Source: Leptolyngbyaceae cyanobacterium (GTDB lineage: Bacteria > Cyanobacteriota > Cyanobacteriia > Phormidesmidales > Phormidesmidaceae). Taken from it: a stretch of DNA of 64,000 bases. The DNA is taken from contig CBDHHL010000032.1 of NCBI GenBank assembly GCA_965263355.1, positions 3,328,001 to 3,392,000 of the forward strand. Reading direction: 5' to 3'. The notes below the pieces were generated by a model, which saw nothing but the letters and a program-made list of their open reading frames with translations, was not told the DNA's origin and did not search any database. Both the position numbers and the translations under genes were made by a program. This document shows positions 18,357-31,728 of this stretch, piece after piece. Each line of letters starts with the position of its first letter. Within the stretch, counting starts at the first letter, position 1.

Positions 18357-18424
18357 GCACCGACCGATACGACCTTGATTGAATTGACTTCAAGCAAATT
18401 GGCTTTACTTGTTTTAACCAGTCC

Positions 18425-20197
18425 TTAACGGCTGGCTACCCACTCAGCAACTCCATCTGCAAGGGCTTTCGCCAATTTCTGCTGTTCCTCTGAATCCACA
18501 ATCCACTCAAACTCATAGGGATTGATCATAAACCCCAACTCCAACAACACACTAGGCGTCACACTAGGTCGCGTCAGTGCCAAATTATTCCAATACACTC
18601 CATAAGCTGGCCGATCTAACGTCTCCACCAAATAATTGTGCAAAAACAACGCCAAATCATGGGCCTGGGGATGATACCAAAATGTCCCAATACCCGCCGT
18701 GTTGAGCGCATCACCATTGTCTGGCAACGCATTGTAGTGAAGACTCAAAGCCATGGTAGGTTCTGTTGCCTCAATCACAGCCACCCGATCTCTAGGGTAC
18801 AGATCATCATCGCCTTCCCGCACCATCACAACCGAAGCACCCAGAGCCTGCAACTCATCTTTAACTAACTCAGAAACAAGTAAAACAACATCTTTTTCTG
18901 GATAACCATTGGGTCCACGAGCCCCCAAGTCTTCACTGCTGCCATGGCCTGGATCGATCAGAATTGTTGTTCCCCTTAGTGGCGCAACAGAATCTGAGGT
19001 GTTCACAGTGGGGGGATGCTTTAACGACAGAATCAAATTTGTTCCCTCGTAGCGTAGTTTGTAACCCCACTGTTGGTCTGCTTTAAAGTGAAATCTATAG
19101 GAGGCCTTATCGGGCAAAATCGGCTGCCAGTCCATTCGCTCCACCACCGGATTATCAGAGAAGTAAATGGTGTCGGTCTGGGGTACCGTATTGTGCAAGA
19201 TCAAGGTGAGACTGGTGGTATCTTGTTCCACACTCATGGGCACAGGCACCTGCAGTGGAAAAACAACTTCAGTCCATTCGGGCACCTGACGAGAACTCAC
19301 CCCACGAATTGTTGTTGTTGGCGGAATCGGACTCGGGGTTATCTCGACTTCTGCCGCCTTAATCCAGGCACCGTAGTCTAGTCGGACCCAGTCACCGTCA
19401 CGACCAGTAACCGCCGCACGGGTGCCTTTAGGCAGGGGCGTCAGCCGAGAATAGTTAGTACTCGGCCCAGTCCGAGCAATGCCAGAATCAACGGTGACTT
19501 CTGCCACTTGAAAGGTAGTTGGTGACAGAATTTCGATGGGGCCACTGCCTGCTTGACTAACGGTTTGGCCATTGAGGGTTAACCGAAACTCAGGGGTGCC
19601 AAAATTACCGGGCTGGTTAAACGTGGCACAGCCGCCATACTGGGTAGCACGCAAGGCATAGGGGTCAGTTTGCTCTGTCAGGACAGCATAGTTGGGGGGT
19701 AGCTCAATGCTACTGGGCTGAGGGCTGAGGCGAATGGTCTGACTAGCTAAGGCCACCACTACATCGGCCTGAGGTGGCGCAACGGCTCCAAAACAGATCA
19801 ATTCCCCTGACTGACGGGCCAGACTGCTGTCAGGCTCTAGGGTGCCCTCGGCAAAGGCAACACCATTGGGCTGGGGGGGCTCTAATGAATCACGGGTAAT
19901 GTTAAAGGTAATGGTCTCGCTACCTTGGGTAATGGTGAACTGATTTTGCCCAAGGGAAAGGGGAAAGGTGGGGGCAAAGTGTCCGGCAGAACTGCGGTCT
20001 GTAATAGGGCTGCCGTTAATGAGCACATCACTGCCAGGGTCACCGGTACCAATAAAGAAAATACGGTCTGATACGGTGGTGTGGTTGGTAGGGGGGTAAG
20101 CGACAAACAGTTCAGCCACGGCAGGATTTATGACTACAAACGAATAGGCCATTGCAGGTGCAAATGCACCGAGAAACAGACGCCACCGATTTGCCAT
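18425..20197 (-). CDS. N-acetylmuramoyl-L-alanine amidase (SH3b + Amidase_3)
   Basis: ILIDPGHG, EKDV, SLHYNA, SVLLELGFM; ARTGPSTNYSRL SH3-like segment. Confidence 0.92.
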   Translation of the reverse strand: MANRWRLFLGAFAPAMAYSFVVINPAVAELFVAYPPTNHTTVSDRIFFIGTGDPGSDVLINGSPITDRSSAGHFAPTFPLSLGQNQFTITQGSETITFNITRDSLEPPQPNGVAFAEGTLEPDSSLARQSGELICFGAVAPPQADVVVALASQTIRLSPQPSSIELPPNYAVLTEQTDPYALRATQYGGCATFNQPGNFGTPEFRLTLNGQTVSQAGSGPIEILSPTTFQVAEVTVDSGIARTGPSTNYSRLTPLPKGTRAAVTGRDGDWVRLDYGAWIKAAEVEITPSPIPPTTTIRGVSSRQVPEWTEVVFPLQVPVPMSVEQDTTSLTLILHNTVPQTDTIYFSDNPVVERMDWQPILPDKASYRFHFKADQQWGYKLRYEGTNLILSLKHPPTVNTSDSVAPLRGTTILIDPGHGSSEDLGARGPNGYPEKDVVLLVSELVKDELQALGASVVMVREGDDDLYPRDRVAVIEATEPTMALSLHYNALPDNGDALNTAGIGTFWYHPQAHDLALFLHNYLVETLDRPAYGVYWNNLALTRPSVTPSVLLELGFMINPYEFEWIVDSEEQQKLAKALADGVAEWVASR

Positions 20198-20414
20198 GGT
20201 ATTAACCTCAACTGACACTTACGGGCGAAATTATAGCGATTCTCGGTTGAGATGAATATGGTGTCCGGTTATGTCCTGTATGGGTATTGCATGCAACGCC
20301 GCTACAGGACACCAGGTGATGACAGTTTGAAAGGATTCAATGCTTTTTCCCTCTCGTTGAGAAAATAATCCGCCTTTCTAACCCTGTGGCACAATTAACG
20401 GGTTCTATATGTGA

Positions 20415-22136
<1,722 letters not shown>

Positions 22137-22250
22137 AACATCACTGGGATGCCATAGGCCATTGATTCAGTTATCACCAAACCAAAGGCTCCCGCCAATT
22201 AACCAGCAAAGCTGAGGCAGAGAAGGACTCAGTCATTTCAGGACAGAAAC

Positions 22251-22580
22251 TCAATTCAAGTCCTTTAGGATAGGCATCTCGTAGGTGCGTTTTTCATAGG
22301 CACGACAGCCTTCACATGGCCCCGTAGGATTAACAGCACAGCGAATATGAGGAGAACGGGCATTGAGCTGACAGGTAATATCACCAATGACTAACCCCAT
22401 GCCTTCAATATAGTGTTCATCCGGATCACGCCGCCGCCATGAATTCACAGCAGGATAATGGCCAGACTCCATCGCCAAATCAAACCGCTCAACGACCCGG
22501 CGTTCAGCTCGATACGTTGCCCAGACCGACAAAACCGGTGGCAACAAGCCGATCAGAATCAAAAACACCACAATGAGCAT
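22251..22580 (-). CDS. DUF6464-family protein
   Basis: IGDITCQLNARSPHIRCAVNPTGPCEGC. Confidence 0.8.
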   Translation of the reverse strand: MLIVVFLILIGLLPPVLSVWATYRAERRVVERFDLAMESGHYPAVNSWRRRDPDEHYIEGMGLVIGDITCQLNARSPHIRCAVNPTGPCEGCRAYEKRTYEMPILKDLN

Positions 22581-22679
22581 GTTGAGCGTTTGGTTAAATT
22601 AGCCATTGTGATCGTACCGCAGGTTTTTGGCAGGGCAGATGTAGATTTGTAGAAGACACGACCGTAGGGTAGGCAAGGC

Positions 22680-24479
22680 CTATTCCTCACTTTTTTCCTT
22701 TGGTTTATAGGTGGATTTTACCTGTAATTCTTTTAGCTGGCGCTCGTCTACTTTAGAGGGGGCTTGGGTGAGCAGACACCGAGCTTGCTGGGTTTTAGGG
22801 AATGCGATCGCATCACGGATAGAGCTTTCCTCAGCCATCAGCATCACCAATCGGTCTAGACCAAAGGCAATCCCTCCGTGGGGAGGAGCCCCAAAGTCGA
22901 AGGCATCAATAAAGAAACCAAACTTATCACGGGCTTCTTCATCGCTTAGGCCAATGGTTTGAAACACCTTGGTCTGGACATCGGGCTGATAAATGCGTAG
23001 GCTCCCCCCCCCAATCTCATACCCATTAAGTACTAGGTCATAGGCTACCGCCCTGGCAGTAGTGAGGTCTTCAATGTCCTCAGGATTAGGAGCTGTAAAG
23101 GGATGGTGCAATGCCTCATAGCGATTTTCATCAGCATTCCACTCAAACATGGGAAAGTCGGTCACCCACAGAAAATTGAGTTTATCGTTATCGATCAGCT
23201 CTAATTCCGCTGCAATTGCCTGACGTACCTTATCTAAGGCAGCATTGACAGTAGCCGTGGGGCCAGCCCCAAAGAGTAGCAAGTGCCCAGCCTCAGCTCC
23301 CGTACGTTCTAGCAACGTTTGTTTTTGTTCGTCGCTAAGGTTGTCCTTAATGGCTCCAATTGTGTCGATTTCGCCGCCGTCACGCACACGGATATACGCC
23401 AACCCCTTAGCCCCAGCATCGGTGGCGACCTTAAAGACATCCCCACCGGGTTTAATGCGCACATTGGAAATAGCGTCATTACCACCAGGAATTGGCAAGA
23501 CTTTTACCTGACCGCCCGCTTTAACTGAACCAGAGAACACCTTAAACCCAGAGTCTTTGACAATATCAGACACCTCCACCAGCTCTAAACCATAACGGGT
23601 ATCTGGCTTATCACTACCATAGCGAGCCATCGCCTCAGCGTAAGTCATACGCGGAAAGGGTAGTGGTAGGTCAATGCCCTTTACAGCTTTAAAAATATGG
23701 GCCACCAGACTTTCATTGAGCGCCAGGATCTCTTCTTGATCCATAAAGCTCATTTCCATATCTAGCTGGGTGAATTCCGGCTGACGGTCAGCTCGCAGGT
23801 CTTCATCTCGGAAGCAGCGTGCAATCTGATAATAGCGATCCATGCCCGCCACCATCAGCAGCTGCTTAAACAGTTGGGGTGATTGGGGCAAGGCATACCA
23901 TTCACCAGGGTTAACCCGTGATGGCAATACGTAGTCCCGCGCACCTTCTGGGGTAGAGCGAGTTAAGACTGGCGTTTCAACCTCGATAAAGCCTTCCTGG
24001 TCTTCGAGAAAACGACGGATCGCCTTCATCACTTCATGGCGCAAACGAATATTGCGACCCATACGTTCACGGCGCAAATCCAAATAGCGATACTTGAGGC
24101 GTAAATCTTCTCGCACATTTTCCTCTTCTGCCGTCGAAATCTGAAACGGCAGTTGACTGCGCACGGCACTCAGCAATTCAATACTGTCCGCATAAATTTC
24201 TACCTGTCCCGTCGGCAAGTTAGGGTTTAATGACTCTGGTGGTCGCTGACTAACCCGCCCTTCAATTTTGACGACATATTCATTGCGGACTTGATCAGCC
24301 ACCGGATAGGACGTTGGTGTGCGTTCAGGGTCGCTGACAATTTGCACCACACCGTCGCGATCGCGCAAATCTAGAAAAATCACACCACCATGATCCCGGC
24401 GGCGATCGACCCAGCCAAAGAGAGTAACGGTCTTATCAATATGCTCAGCTCGCAGTTGACCGCAATATAAGGTACGCAT
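22680..24479 (-). CDS. aspS: Aspartate--tRNA ligase
   Basis: [42 protein letters not shown]. Confidence 0.98.
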   Translation of the reverse strand: MRTLYCGQLRAEHIDKTVTLFGWVDRRRDHGGVIFLDLRDRDGVVQIVSDPERTPTSYPVADQVRNEYVVKIEGRVSQRPPESLNPNLPTGQVEIYADSIELLSAVRSQLPFQISTAEEENVREDLRLKYRYLDLRRERMGRNIRLRHEVMKAIRRFLEDQEGFIEVETPVLTRSTPEGARDYVLPSRVNPGEWYALPQSPQLFKQLLMVAGMDRYYQIARCFRDEDLRADRQPEFTQLDMEMSFMDQEEILALNESLVAHIFKAVKGIDLPLPFPRMTYAEAMARYGSDKPDTRYGLELVEVSDIVKDSGFKVFSGSVKAGGQVKVLPIPGGNDAISNVRIKPGGDVFKVATDAGAKGLAYIRVRDGGEIDTIGAIKDNLSDEQKQTLLERTGAEAGHLLLFGAGPTATVNAALDKVRQAIAAELELIDNDKLNFLWVTDFPMFEWNADENRYEALHHPFTAPNPEDIEDLTTARAVAYDLVLNGYEIGGGSLRIYQPDVQTKVFQTIGLSDEEARDKFGFFIDAFDFGAPPHGGIAFGLDRLVMLMAEESSIRDAIAFPKTQQARCLLTQAPSKVDERQLKELQVKSTYKPKEKSEE

Positions 24480-24546
24480 GGATAAGGAAGAGTATGATTT
24501 TTCTTAGGGTTCAACAAATCCTACCCATTATCCAAGATCGTCAGGT

Positions 24547-24653
24547 AGTTTTGAAGTTTGAATTGTGAGTTTTGAATTAAGTACCTCTAGCTTGCTAAAG
24601 CAAGCCCAGTCGCAGCAACTCAAAACTCAAACCTTAAAATTCAAACTTCAACC
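24547..24653. repeat. Inverted pair of heptamer tandem repeats (STRR-like)
   Basis: (GTTTTGA)n-like at 24547-24578 and (AACTCAA)n-like at 24617-24653. Confidence 0.7.
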
Positions 24654-24681
24654 CAAAAAAGTATCCTTTTCCGTAAGCAAA

Positions 24682-25710
24682 CTACCGAACGACTTCCTGT
24701 CTGCGTAATATATCTGACAGCATTGATGCTGGCTGCTGCTGGTGAGGCCAAGCAAAGGCATGGCGAAACGCAGCTTCTTGACAAGCCCTTAACCCATCAA
24801 AGCCAATCACATCTTGAGTAAGCAGGTTTTCATACTCAAAAGGCAAGCGCACATTGTGTAAGCCAGCATTGTCTGTGCAAATAGCGATATCTACACCAGC
24901 ATCAAAACAGCGGCTAAAAACCTCCTTGAGCTGGCTAATCTCATCTAAGGTGCCCGTCTGTAAATACGTCGTTGGACAAACCTCTAAACACTGACCACGG
25001 GCGGCCACATCTTTCAAAAGTTCTGGGTAATGCAGCGGGATCTGAATGCCATGGCCAATTCGCATTAGATAGGGCAATAACTCCGGATAGCAACCATTGA
25101 GGGTTTCATACAAATGGCCGGTGGTCTTAATCCCCAGCGACTGAGCATAGCGATAAAGCTGAATAATCTCGTCCAGCTTGTCTCGATAGGCTGCATCGCC
25201 ACCCGCAATATCAACAGCACATACATAGTCTGGGTATTGAGCAGCCAGATCGACAGTAGCCCGATTAACTTCGTAGGGCAAACGAGAATGCATACACAGA
25301 ATTTGTCGAGTCACCACCGGATATTCGGTTTGCTCGCTGGCCCGCCCTACAATTTCAACGACCTCAGCCATCATATCTATCCGCTCATGCTCACTTAGGC
25401 CATGGGGAGTTCGATAAAACGGGGTATATCGTAATTCCAGATAGGCCAAATTCTCAAAAATATAGGCCCCGCGAATTAGACGATAGATAAAGTAAGGCAG
25501 CGCTTCTCTAGTTTGAACGCTTTCCACCAAAGTGTGCAGCTCTAAGTACTCTTCTAGCGAATCCTTAGGCTGAATATAAAACTGCTCAAAGTCGAAGTAA
25601 TCGTTGAAACGCTCCGCTAAATCAGGACGATTTCGCTGAAAGTAGCGCCATAGGATCCTGGGTACGACAGAGCCCCCCAGGTGGCGATGGAGTTCTGCAT
25701 AAAGACTCAT
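24682..25710 (-). CDS. add: Adenosine deaminase
   Basis: AELHRHLGGS, RIGHG, EVCPT, TDN. Confidence 0.88.
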   Translation of the reverse strand: MSLYAELHRHLGGSVVPRILWRYFQRNRPDLAERFNDYFDFEQFYIQPKDSLEEYLELHTLVESVQTREALPYFIYRLIRGAYIFENLAYLELRYTPFYRTPHGLSEHERIDMMAEVVEIVGRASEQTEYPVVTRQILCMHSRLPYEVNRATVDLAAQYPDYVCAVDIAGGDAAYRDKLDEIIQLYRYAQSLGIKTTGHLYETLNGCYPELLPYLMRIGHGIQIPLHYPELLKDVAARGQCLEVCPTTYLQTGTLDEISQLKEVFSRCFDAGVDIAICTDNAGLHNVRLPFEYENLLTQDVIGFDGLRACQEAAFRHAFAWPHQQQPASMLSDILRRQEVVR

Positions 25711-26088
25711 AATGCCTCTAGGTTTGAGTGGATTAATGAAGAATATTTGATTTGTCTTAATGAGTGCCCGGAATAATCATCGAAGTAATATCCAACTTAT
25801 CGAAAGTACGTGGGTACCTGACTAATTAAACCGCCGAAACAAAAATTAAAAAAGTGTGAAATGCCTATTAAACTAAGTTTTACATCAGGATTTAATTTTT
25901 TGCCTAAAAAAATCTTCAAAACCCTGAGGAGCTTAAACTTTAGTTAACCTATGATTGTCAAGAAATCTGCACCAAAGTCAGCAAATCAGCGTTTGATTAT
26001 AAACAAGGTTTAGGTGGCATTTGTTGACACTAGCTACCTTGCCTAATCATAATTGTGATTTGTTTGAACTCTAACGCGCAAAATTCCC

Positions 26089-27426
26089 TTGGCAAACGTT
26101 ATCGTAATTGGTGCCCAATGGGGCGATGAAGGTAAAGGAAAAATCACTGATCTGCTTAGCAAATCGGCGGATGTGGTTGTTCGTTATCAAGGTGGTGTCA
26201 ATGCGGGCCACACTGTTGTTGTAAAAGATCAGACCTTTAAGCTGCACTTGATCCCGTCGGGCATCTTGTACCGTGATACGGAATGTTTGATTGGTAGTGG
26301 CACGGTGATCGACCCTAAGGAGTTGATCGCTGAACTCGACAAGCTAGATGGCTTGGGAGTTTCCAGTAAGAATCTCTTTATTTCTGAAACTGCCCATGTG
26401 ACCATGCCTTACCATCGCCTGATCGATCAGGCGTCAGAGGAACGTCGAGGAAATAAAAAGCTCGGCACCACTAAGCGTGGCATTGGCCCCACCTATGCCG
26501 ATAAATCTGAGCGTACAGGCCTGCGCATTTGCGATTTGATGAATTTGTCGACGTTTCGGGAGCAATTAGAGTGGACCATCAGCTATAAGAATATAGTTTT
26601 AGAAAAGCTTTACAATCTTCCCGCCCTTGATGCTGAGGCGGTGTATCAGGAATATGAAGCCTATGCTGAGCGGCTGCGCCCCCACGTTGTAGATAGCTCA
26701 CTGCATATATACAACGCCTTACAAAAGCGCAAAAACGTATTGTTTGAAGGGGCTCAGGGGACCCTTTTAGATCTTGACCACGGGACATACCCCTACGTAA
26801 CATCATCGAATCCGGTAGCAGGCGGAGCTTGCATTGGGTCTGGCATTGGTCCCACCGCTGTTGATCGGGTGATTGGTGTGGCTAAGGCGTATACCACTCG
26901 TGTTGGTGAAGGCCCATTTCCTACTGAACTATTTGATGATATGGGTAATGCCCTATGCATGCGTGGAGCTGAGTTTGGCACAACCACTGGCCGACAACGT
27001 CGCTGTGGCTGGTTTGATGCGGTAATCGGTCGCTATGCTGTGCGAATTAATGGTTTAGATTGTCTAGCCATCACCAAGCTAGACGTCTTGGATGAGATGG
27101 ATGAAATTAAAGTTTGTGTAGCCTATGAGCTAGATGGTAAGCGCTGCCATGATCTGCCGGGCAGTGCCAGCCTGTTTTCACGGTGCCAGCCCGTTTACGA
27201 AGTGATGCCAGGTTGGAAGCAATCAACGGCTAACTGTCGTAAACTAGAAGACCTGCCTAAACAGGCCCTTGATTATCTAGAGTTTTTGGCCAAGCTGATG
27301 GAAGTTCCCATTGCCATTGTTTCCTTGGGAGCTAGTCGCGATCAGACGATTATCGTGGAAGACCCTATCCATGGTCCAAAGCGTGCTTTGCTCTATGAGA
27401 ATGGTGGAGCCTTTAAGGTCGCTTAG
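26089..27426 (+). CDS. purA: Adenylosuccinate synthase
   Basis: [23 protein letters not shown]. Confidence 0.98.
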   Translation: MANVIVIGAQWGDEGKGKITDLLSKSADVVVRYQGGVNAGHTVVVKDQTFKLHLIPSGILYRDTECLIGSGTVIDPKELIAELDKLDGLGVSSKNLFISETAHVTMPYHRLIDQASEERRGNKKLGTTKRGIGPTYADKSERTGLRICDLMNLSTFREQLEWTISYKNIVLEKLYNLPALDAEAVYQEYEAYAERLRPHVVDSSLHIYNALQKRKNVLFEGAQGTLLDLDHGTYPYVTSSNPVAGGACIGSGIGPTAVDRVIGVAKAYTTRVGEGPFPTELFDDMGNALCMRGAEFGTTTGRQRRCGWFDAVIGRYAVRINGLDCLAITKLDVLDEMDEIKVCVAYELDGKRCHDLPGSASLFSRCQPVYEVMPGWKQSTANCRKLEDLPKQALDYLEFLAKLMEVPIAIVSLGASRDQTIIVEDPIHGPKRALLYENGGAFKVA

Positions 27427-27586
27427 ATGACTGCAGCCTCAGACCTTAGGCTGATGCAGCATTATTCCCAGGGCATGTCTCCTGAAATGCTGGGGAGCAA
27501 AATTTTCAGCCAGTGCGAACTGAATTGGCACTGGCTGACAGCAGATAACATTTGACAAAAAGTATTTTAGTGATTGGACAATTGCA

Positions 27587-27877
27587 ATGGAACTAACTCT
27601 CGACTGTAGCAAACGCGCTGATACTGAAAAACCTAGAGCATTGCGCCGTGAGGGTGTCATGCCTGCTGTACTTTATGGCCATGATGGGACTAACTCAGTC
27701 TCGCTCAAGGCTAACACTCGCGCAGTCGAAGCTTTGCTGCGTCAGGCTAAAGGGCAGAAGGTTGAAGTCAACCTGAATGTGGCAGACATGCCCTGGAACG
27801 GCAAGGTTGTTTTGCAGGAAGTGCAAAATCATCCTTGGAAAAATGAGGTTTATCACATTAGCTTTTGGGCCCAGTAA
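27587..27877 (+). CDS. rplY: 50S ribosomal protein L25
   Basis: RALRREGVMPAVLYG..EVQNHPWK..HISF. Confidence 0.92.
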   Translation: MELTLDCSKRADTEKPRALRREGVMPAVLYGHDGTNSVSLKANTRAVEALLRQAKGQKVEVNLNVADMPWNGKVVLQEVQNHPWKNEVYHISFWAQ

Positions 27878-27900
27878 CACCGCTTGAAGGCAAAGCTACC

Positions 27901-27935
27901 AAAAGCCCCGGTTTCTTAGAGAAATCGGGGCTTTT
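27901..27935. terminator. Intrinsic terminator
   Basis: AAAAGCCCCGGTTTCT-TAG-AGAAATCGGGGCTTTT. Confidence 0.8.
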
Positions 27936-28008
27936 AAAGAAGCCAGGGCTTTTTTGGAAAATTCGTATAGTATAGGCGTTAGCCATTCAGCCATGGTCTG
28001 CAACGAAT

Positions 28009-28305
28009 ATGAAAGCGTCAAAACCCGTCATCAATGACATGACCGACTTGATAGTACCAGCTGCACTACGGATTTGGCTGGTATTCCTTTTGCTGTTTGC
28101 CTTATTGGGATATTCGGTAACAGCCAGTATTTTATTTGGAGCCATGGGCGGTTTTGCTGGTGGGCTGATTTCTGCGTGGTGGGATGCTCCGGGTGGAGAA
28201 CCTGTACCTAAAACCAATGATCAGTCTGGTTCATCTTCTATGCTGCAGTTGCCCAAGTGGCGGTGGCGGACCGAAAGACGTAGTTTACGACGGCGACAGC
28301 GTTAA
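28009..28305 (+). CDS. Small hypothetical membrane protein
   Basis: Two hydrophobic helices, SILFGAMGGFAGGLISAWW, basic tail. Confidence 0.65.
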   Translation: MKASKPVINDMTDLIVPAALRIWLVFLLLFALLGYSVTASILFGAMGGFAGGLISAWWDAPGGEPVPKTNDQSGSSSMLQLPKWRWRTERRSLRRRQR

Positions 28306-28391
28306 GCCATATTGCAGTCATGAGCACTCATTCTCCTCTATAGAAAAATTACTGCTCTGACGATGAACAAGGTTGAGGATAAACTATCGGC

Positions 28392-29186
28392 ATGTTTTTC
28401 TTTTTATCGAAGTTCCTACCGTTACTGATTTATCCATTGGGGCTGAGCTGTTTGCTTTTATTGCTAGCGATGACTTGGTTATGGAAGTTTCCCCGTCGCT
28501 CTTTGATCGCGATCGCAACCGCCCTTCTCATTATTTTTTGCAGCAGTAATCCTCTGATTGCCACCGCATTCGTTAAAACCCTAGAGTGGCAATATTTACC
28601 CCCTGATCCGATACCGGCTGCGGAAGCCATTGTTGTACTGGGGGGGAGTACTCGCCCCCAGTCCCCACCCCGTCCATGGATCGAAGTGTTAGAAGCAGGC
28701 GATCGCGTTTTATATGGCGTCAAGCTTTATCAAGACGGTCTTGCCCCCTTAATTTTATTTAGTGGTGGCCGCATCTATTGGGAAAAAGGTAAAAGCGGAT
28801 CAGAAGCCAAAGATATGGCTGAAATCGCTCAGGCAATGGGCGTACCTGAGCGAAATATTTTGCTAGAGAATGAATCGCTCAATACCTATCAGAATGCTGT
28901 AGAAACAGCCAAAATTCTCAAGCAAAGACAGATTACTACGATTTTGCTAGTGACATCCGCCATACACATGCCTCGCTCCGTGGCCATCTTTAAAAAACAA
29001 GGCTTTAATGTCACAGCCACCCCTACCGACTATTGGGTTGCCCAGGAATTTTTAGAACAAATGCGCGGGGTTTCCTGGGGAACATTTTTTAATGTCTTAC
29101 CCAACACCGAAGCCCTAGACTTTTTTACAAGAGCCCTTAAAGAATATATCGGTCTGGGCATTTATCGTTTAAGAGGCTGGTTATAG
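28392..29186 (+). CDS. YdcF/DUF218 family membrane protein
   Basis: AIVVLGG, SGG, ESLNTYQNA, LVTSAIHMPRS. Confidence 0.9.
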   Translation: MFFFLSKFLPLLIYPLGLSCLLLLLAMTWLWKFPRRSLIAIATALLIIFCSSNPLIATAFVKTLEWQYLPPDPIPAAEAIVVLGGSTRPQSPPRPWIEVLEAGDRVLYGVKLYQDGLAPLILFSGGRIYWEKGKSGSEAKDMAEIAQAMGVPERNILLENESLNTYQNAVETAKILKQRQITTILLVTSAIHMPRSVAIFKKQGFNVTATPTDYWVAQEFLEQMRGVSWGTFFNVLPNTEALDFFTRALKEYIGLGIYRLRGWL

Positions 29187-29211
29187 TGGGGCTAGTGATA
29201 AGTTTTTAACC

Positions 29212-29430
29212 ATGCTCCAACGCTCCCTTGAACCTTCTTCGAGCAATATTGGTGAAACCATCAAACTGCAGCAAATTGCCTATGAGTTTCGGCAAGAAGT
29301 TCAATATCGTCATGACTTCGAAGACTACTGCCAATGGTATTATGCAACCACTGCAAAACACCAAGCAGAACTCGCTGCGATGAAAAATGATATTCCCTTA
29401 TTTGGCTGGTTCTGTCGCAGTAGATCTTAA
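29212..29430 (+). CDS. Conserved cyanobacterial hypothetical protein
   Basis: YEFRQEVQYRHDFEDYCQWYY..HQAELAAM. Confidence 0.7.
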   Translation: MLQRSLEPSSSNIGETIKLQQIAYEFRQEVQYRHDFEDYCQWYYATTAKHQAELAAMKNDIPLFGWFCRSRS

Positions 29431-29492
29431 AGCACGTCCAAGTTAAAGCCTGTTGTTTCCTCTACGGTAAAACTACGCTTCTGGACGTGCAC
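29431..29492 (-). repeat. Dispersed ~65-bp element, copy 2
   Basis: AGCACGTCCAAGTTAAA...TTCTGGACGTGCAC. Confidence 0.75.
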
Positions 29493-29498
29493 AAGGGT

Positions 29499-29741
29499 TT
29501 AAATTATTTCCAACTCAGTATTGGCAAGGTGCACCTTAAATGGCTTTTTTGCACCTTCCACTTGAAACTCAACAACAACTGGAAAGTTAGGGCTAATGGG
29601 ACGTCCCTTCCAGTCAGTTAAAATAGTTTTAATTGTTCCTTCCATTCCCTCAGCATTATGGGGCTGGTTCCGATGTTTGGGATGGTGAAATAAAACAATA
29701 GGTGCAGAAATCCTTACACGATCACCAGCTTTCATAGGCAT
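29499..29741 (-). CDS. ftrV: Ferredoxin-thioredoxin reductase variable chain
   Basis: GDRVRI..FHHPKHR..EGMEG..WKGRPISPNFP. Confidence 0.9.
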   Translation of the reverse strand: MPMKAGDRVRISAPIVLFHHPKHRNQPHNAEGMEGTIKTILTDWKGRPISPNFPVVVEFQVEGAKKPFKVHLANTELEII

Positions 29742-29835
29742 TTAATCATCTACACATCGAAAATTCGTGAGCTTACTGTGCAACTGCGCAAATTAAGCTA
29801 CTCTCTTCATTATTTTCTCACAAGATAGGATTATA

Positions 29836-29875
29836 AATCCGACTTTAACAACAAGATAGTTGTTAAAGTCGGATT
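29836..29875. terminator. 17-bp perfect stem-loop downstream of the PP2C gene
   Basis: AATCCGACTTTAACAAC-AAGATA-GTTGTTAAAGTCGGATT. Confidence 0.65.
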
Positions 29876-29907
29876 AGTACTTGAGGCTAGCATTTATAGG
29901 AACTTTA

Positions 29908-31728
29908 TTAATCAGGCGTCGTAGTCGAATCCGTGGGATTCTCAGAGGTAGCAGGACGTAAATTTTGCCACAGCAGCACCCCAGCCACCCCAGCCACACT
30001 GACTGCAATTAACAGCAAAATACTTAAGACTAAGGCCTGTAGAGAGCGCTTAGGTTTTGCCTTAGTAGTAGGAGCAGGAGTTTCAATTTCAGGTATTTCC
30101 TCACTCTCACCATAGAGTAAAGCCTTAGAGGCCTCGGTCAGTTCGGTAGGGTAACCCATGCCTGGCTGAGTCATCAACGAGGGCGGCGGCACATTCTCCT
30201 CAACGATCACCGTATCGCCAGTTAATTTACAGCTCATGAGTACAACAGCAATGTTGTCATGACCATTCTTTTGATTGGCTAGTTCCACCCATGACTCAAC
30301 GGCAGTAGGCAACGGCACAATATTTTTCACAATCAGACCAATATAATTAGCCCAAGAGGTTTCCACCCGATGGTGATCGCTCAAACCATCAGAGCAGAGT
30401 AGCAAAACACCGGTTTCATCTAAGATAAAGCGCTCAATATGGGGCGTAATGCTATCAGCTTCGCACGTTCCCAGGGCCTGGGTCAGCGCGCCGGCATCGT
30501 CACGGGCATAGGCAACCGAGGGATAGCTTTTACCAGTCGTGATTTCTCGGCCAGCCACATCATCATCTACCGTCAGCAAATGACAGGCTTCAGGAGTAAT
30601 CCAGTAGGCACGACTATCACCCACATGGGCAATGTAAAGCTCGTTGACTTCCTCATAGCCATTGGGTGTGGGAATGCGCTGGGGAATCATCACTGCCGCC
30701 ACCAGCGTCGTCCCCATACGCTGACGCTCAGTACGGCCTTGACTATCATTTTGGCTAGCGACCAGGTTATTGGCCACACGAATGGCAGCTTCAATCTGCC
30801 CCATGACTATATAGGGCACTAAGGGCTCTTCTTGCTCGGCCAGCTCGGCTAACAGACCGCGAAACTGAAGTTGAAGCGATCGCACCACCGTCTGACTGGC
30901 AATTTCCCCACCCGCATGGCCACCAACACCATCACAGACAATGGCAATCCGAGGCAAACTAGGCAAATCAGCGGTGCTAGAACGGGCTAACTCAACTTTA
31001 CTGGGGTAACAGGCATCTTCATTATGAGGCAGCTGGCCACTACTGGTACTACCAGCCACTTCAGTCGTGATCGAAAGCTGCATCGCATGCCCCAATAACA
31101 CCCGATTCAGGTGCTCAAGGATACGGTCAAAATCGGGATGGACATCCCTACATTGCTCTAAAACTGGTTGGAGATTATTGGCCACTGATGGCAATGACTT
31201 AGGGAGTAACGTAGCAATGACATTCGCTAACCCTTGCAACGAGGGTTGACCGGGGATCAAATTACTCAAGCGCACTCGCCAACCATCCACATGAATCGCT
31301 TCGGGCGCTGTTAGACTCGCAGCCACATTCATACCAAATAAATGGGGCCACAAATTAAATAACTGCCAGCACCAGTAAACTTGCCGGAATGGTGTCGCCC
31401 CAGCCCAGGCTGTTCCCAGTGTAGGCAGCAGTCTGCCATGGCGATCAATGGGGGCATTATCGAGCAGCAACACCGGGCCACTAGGTACCTGACACTCTCC
31501 ATAAACTGTCGGTACATGCAGCTGATGGGGATATGCTCGCAGATAGGGTAGGGCTAACACTGATACTGTGTCCGGGTGCTCTGGGGGCTCTGGAGCTTGG
31601 GTATCGTGCCAGACACCGGGACTCAGTACCCAGTAGCGTTCATTAATGCTCTGGCCAGGTGGCACATCGCGTCCAGGCCCCAGGGCTAGAACGTATTTTT
31701 TAAAGGGGTAGACATCCACTTGAGTCAT
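29908..31728 (-). CDS. PP2C-family Ser/Thr phosphatase with N-terminal kinase-like region and C-terminal TM
   Basis: HNEDA, VCDGVGGHAGGEIAS, MGTT, HVGDSRAY, LLCSDGL, GHDN; likely start ATG 31728. Confidence 0.9.
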   Translation of the reverse strand: MTQVDVYPFKKYVLALGPGRDVPPGQSINERYWVLSPGVWHDTQAPEPPEHPDTVSVLALPYLRAYPHQLHVPTVYGECQVPSGPVLLLDNAPIDRHGRLLPTLGTAWAGATPFRQVYWCWQLFNLWPHLFGMNVAASLTAPEAIHVDGWRVRLSNLIPGQPSLQGLANVIATLLPKSLPSVANNLQPVLEQCRDVHPDFDRILEHLNRVLLGHAMQLSITTEVAGSTSSGQLPHNEDACYPSKVELARSSTADLPSLPRIAIVCDGVGGHAGGEIASQTVVRSLQLQFRGLLAELAEQEEPLVPYIVMGQIEAAIRVANNLVASQNDSQGRTERQRMGTTLVAAVMIPQRIPTPNGYEEVNELYIAHVGDSRAYWITPEACHLLTVDDDVAGREITTGKSYPSVAYARDDAGALTQALGTCEADSITPHIERFILDETGVLLLCSDGLSDHHRVETSWANYIGLIVKNIVPLPTAVESWVELANQKNGHDNIAVVLMSCKLTGDTVIVEENVPPPSLMTQPGMGYPTELTEASKALLYGESEEIPEIETPAPTTKAKPKRSLQALVLSILLLIAVSVAGVAGVLLWQNLRPATSENPTDSTTTPD

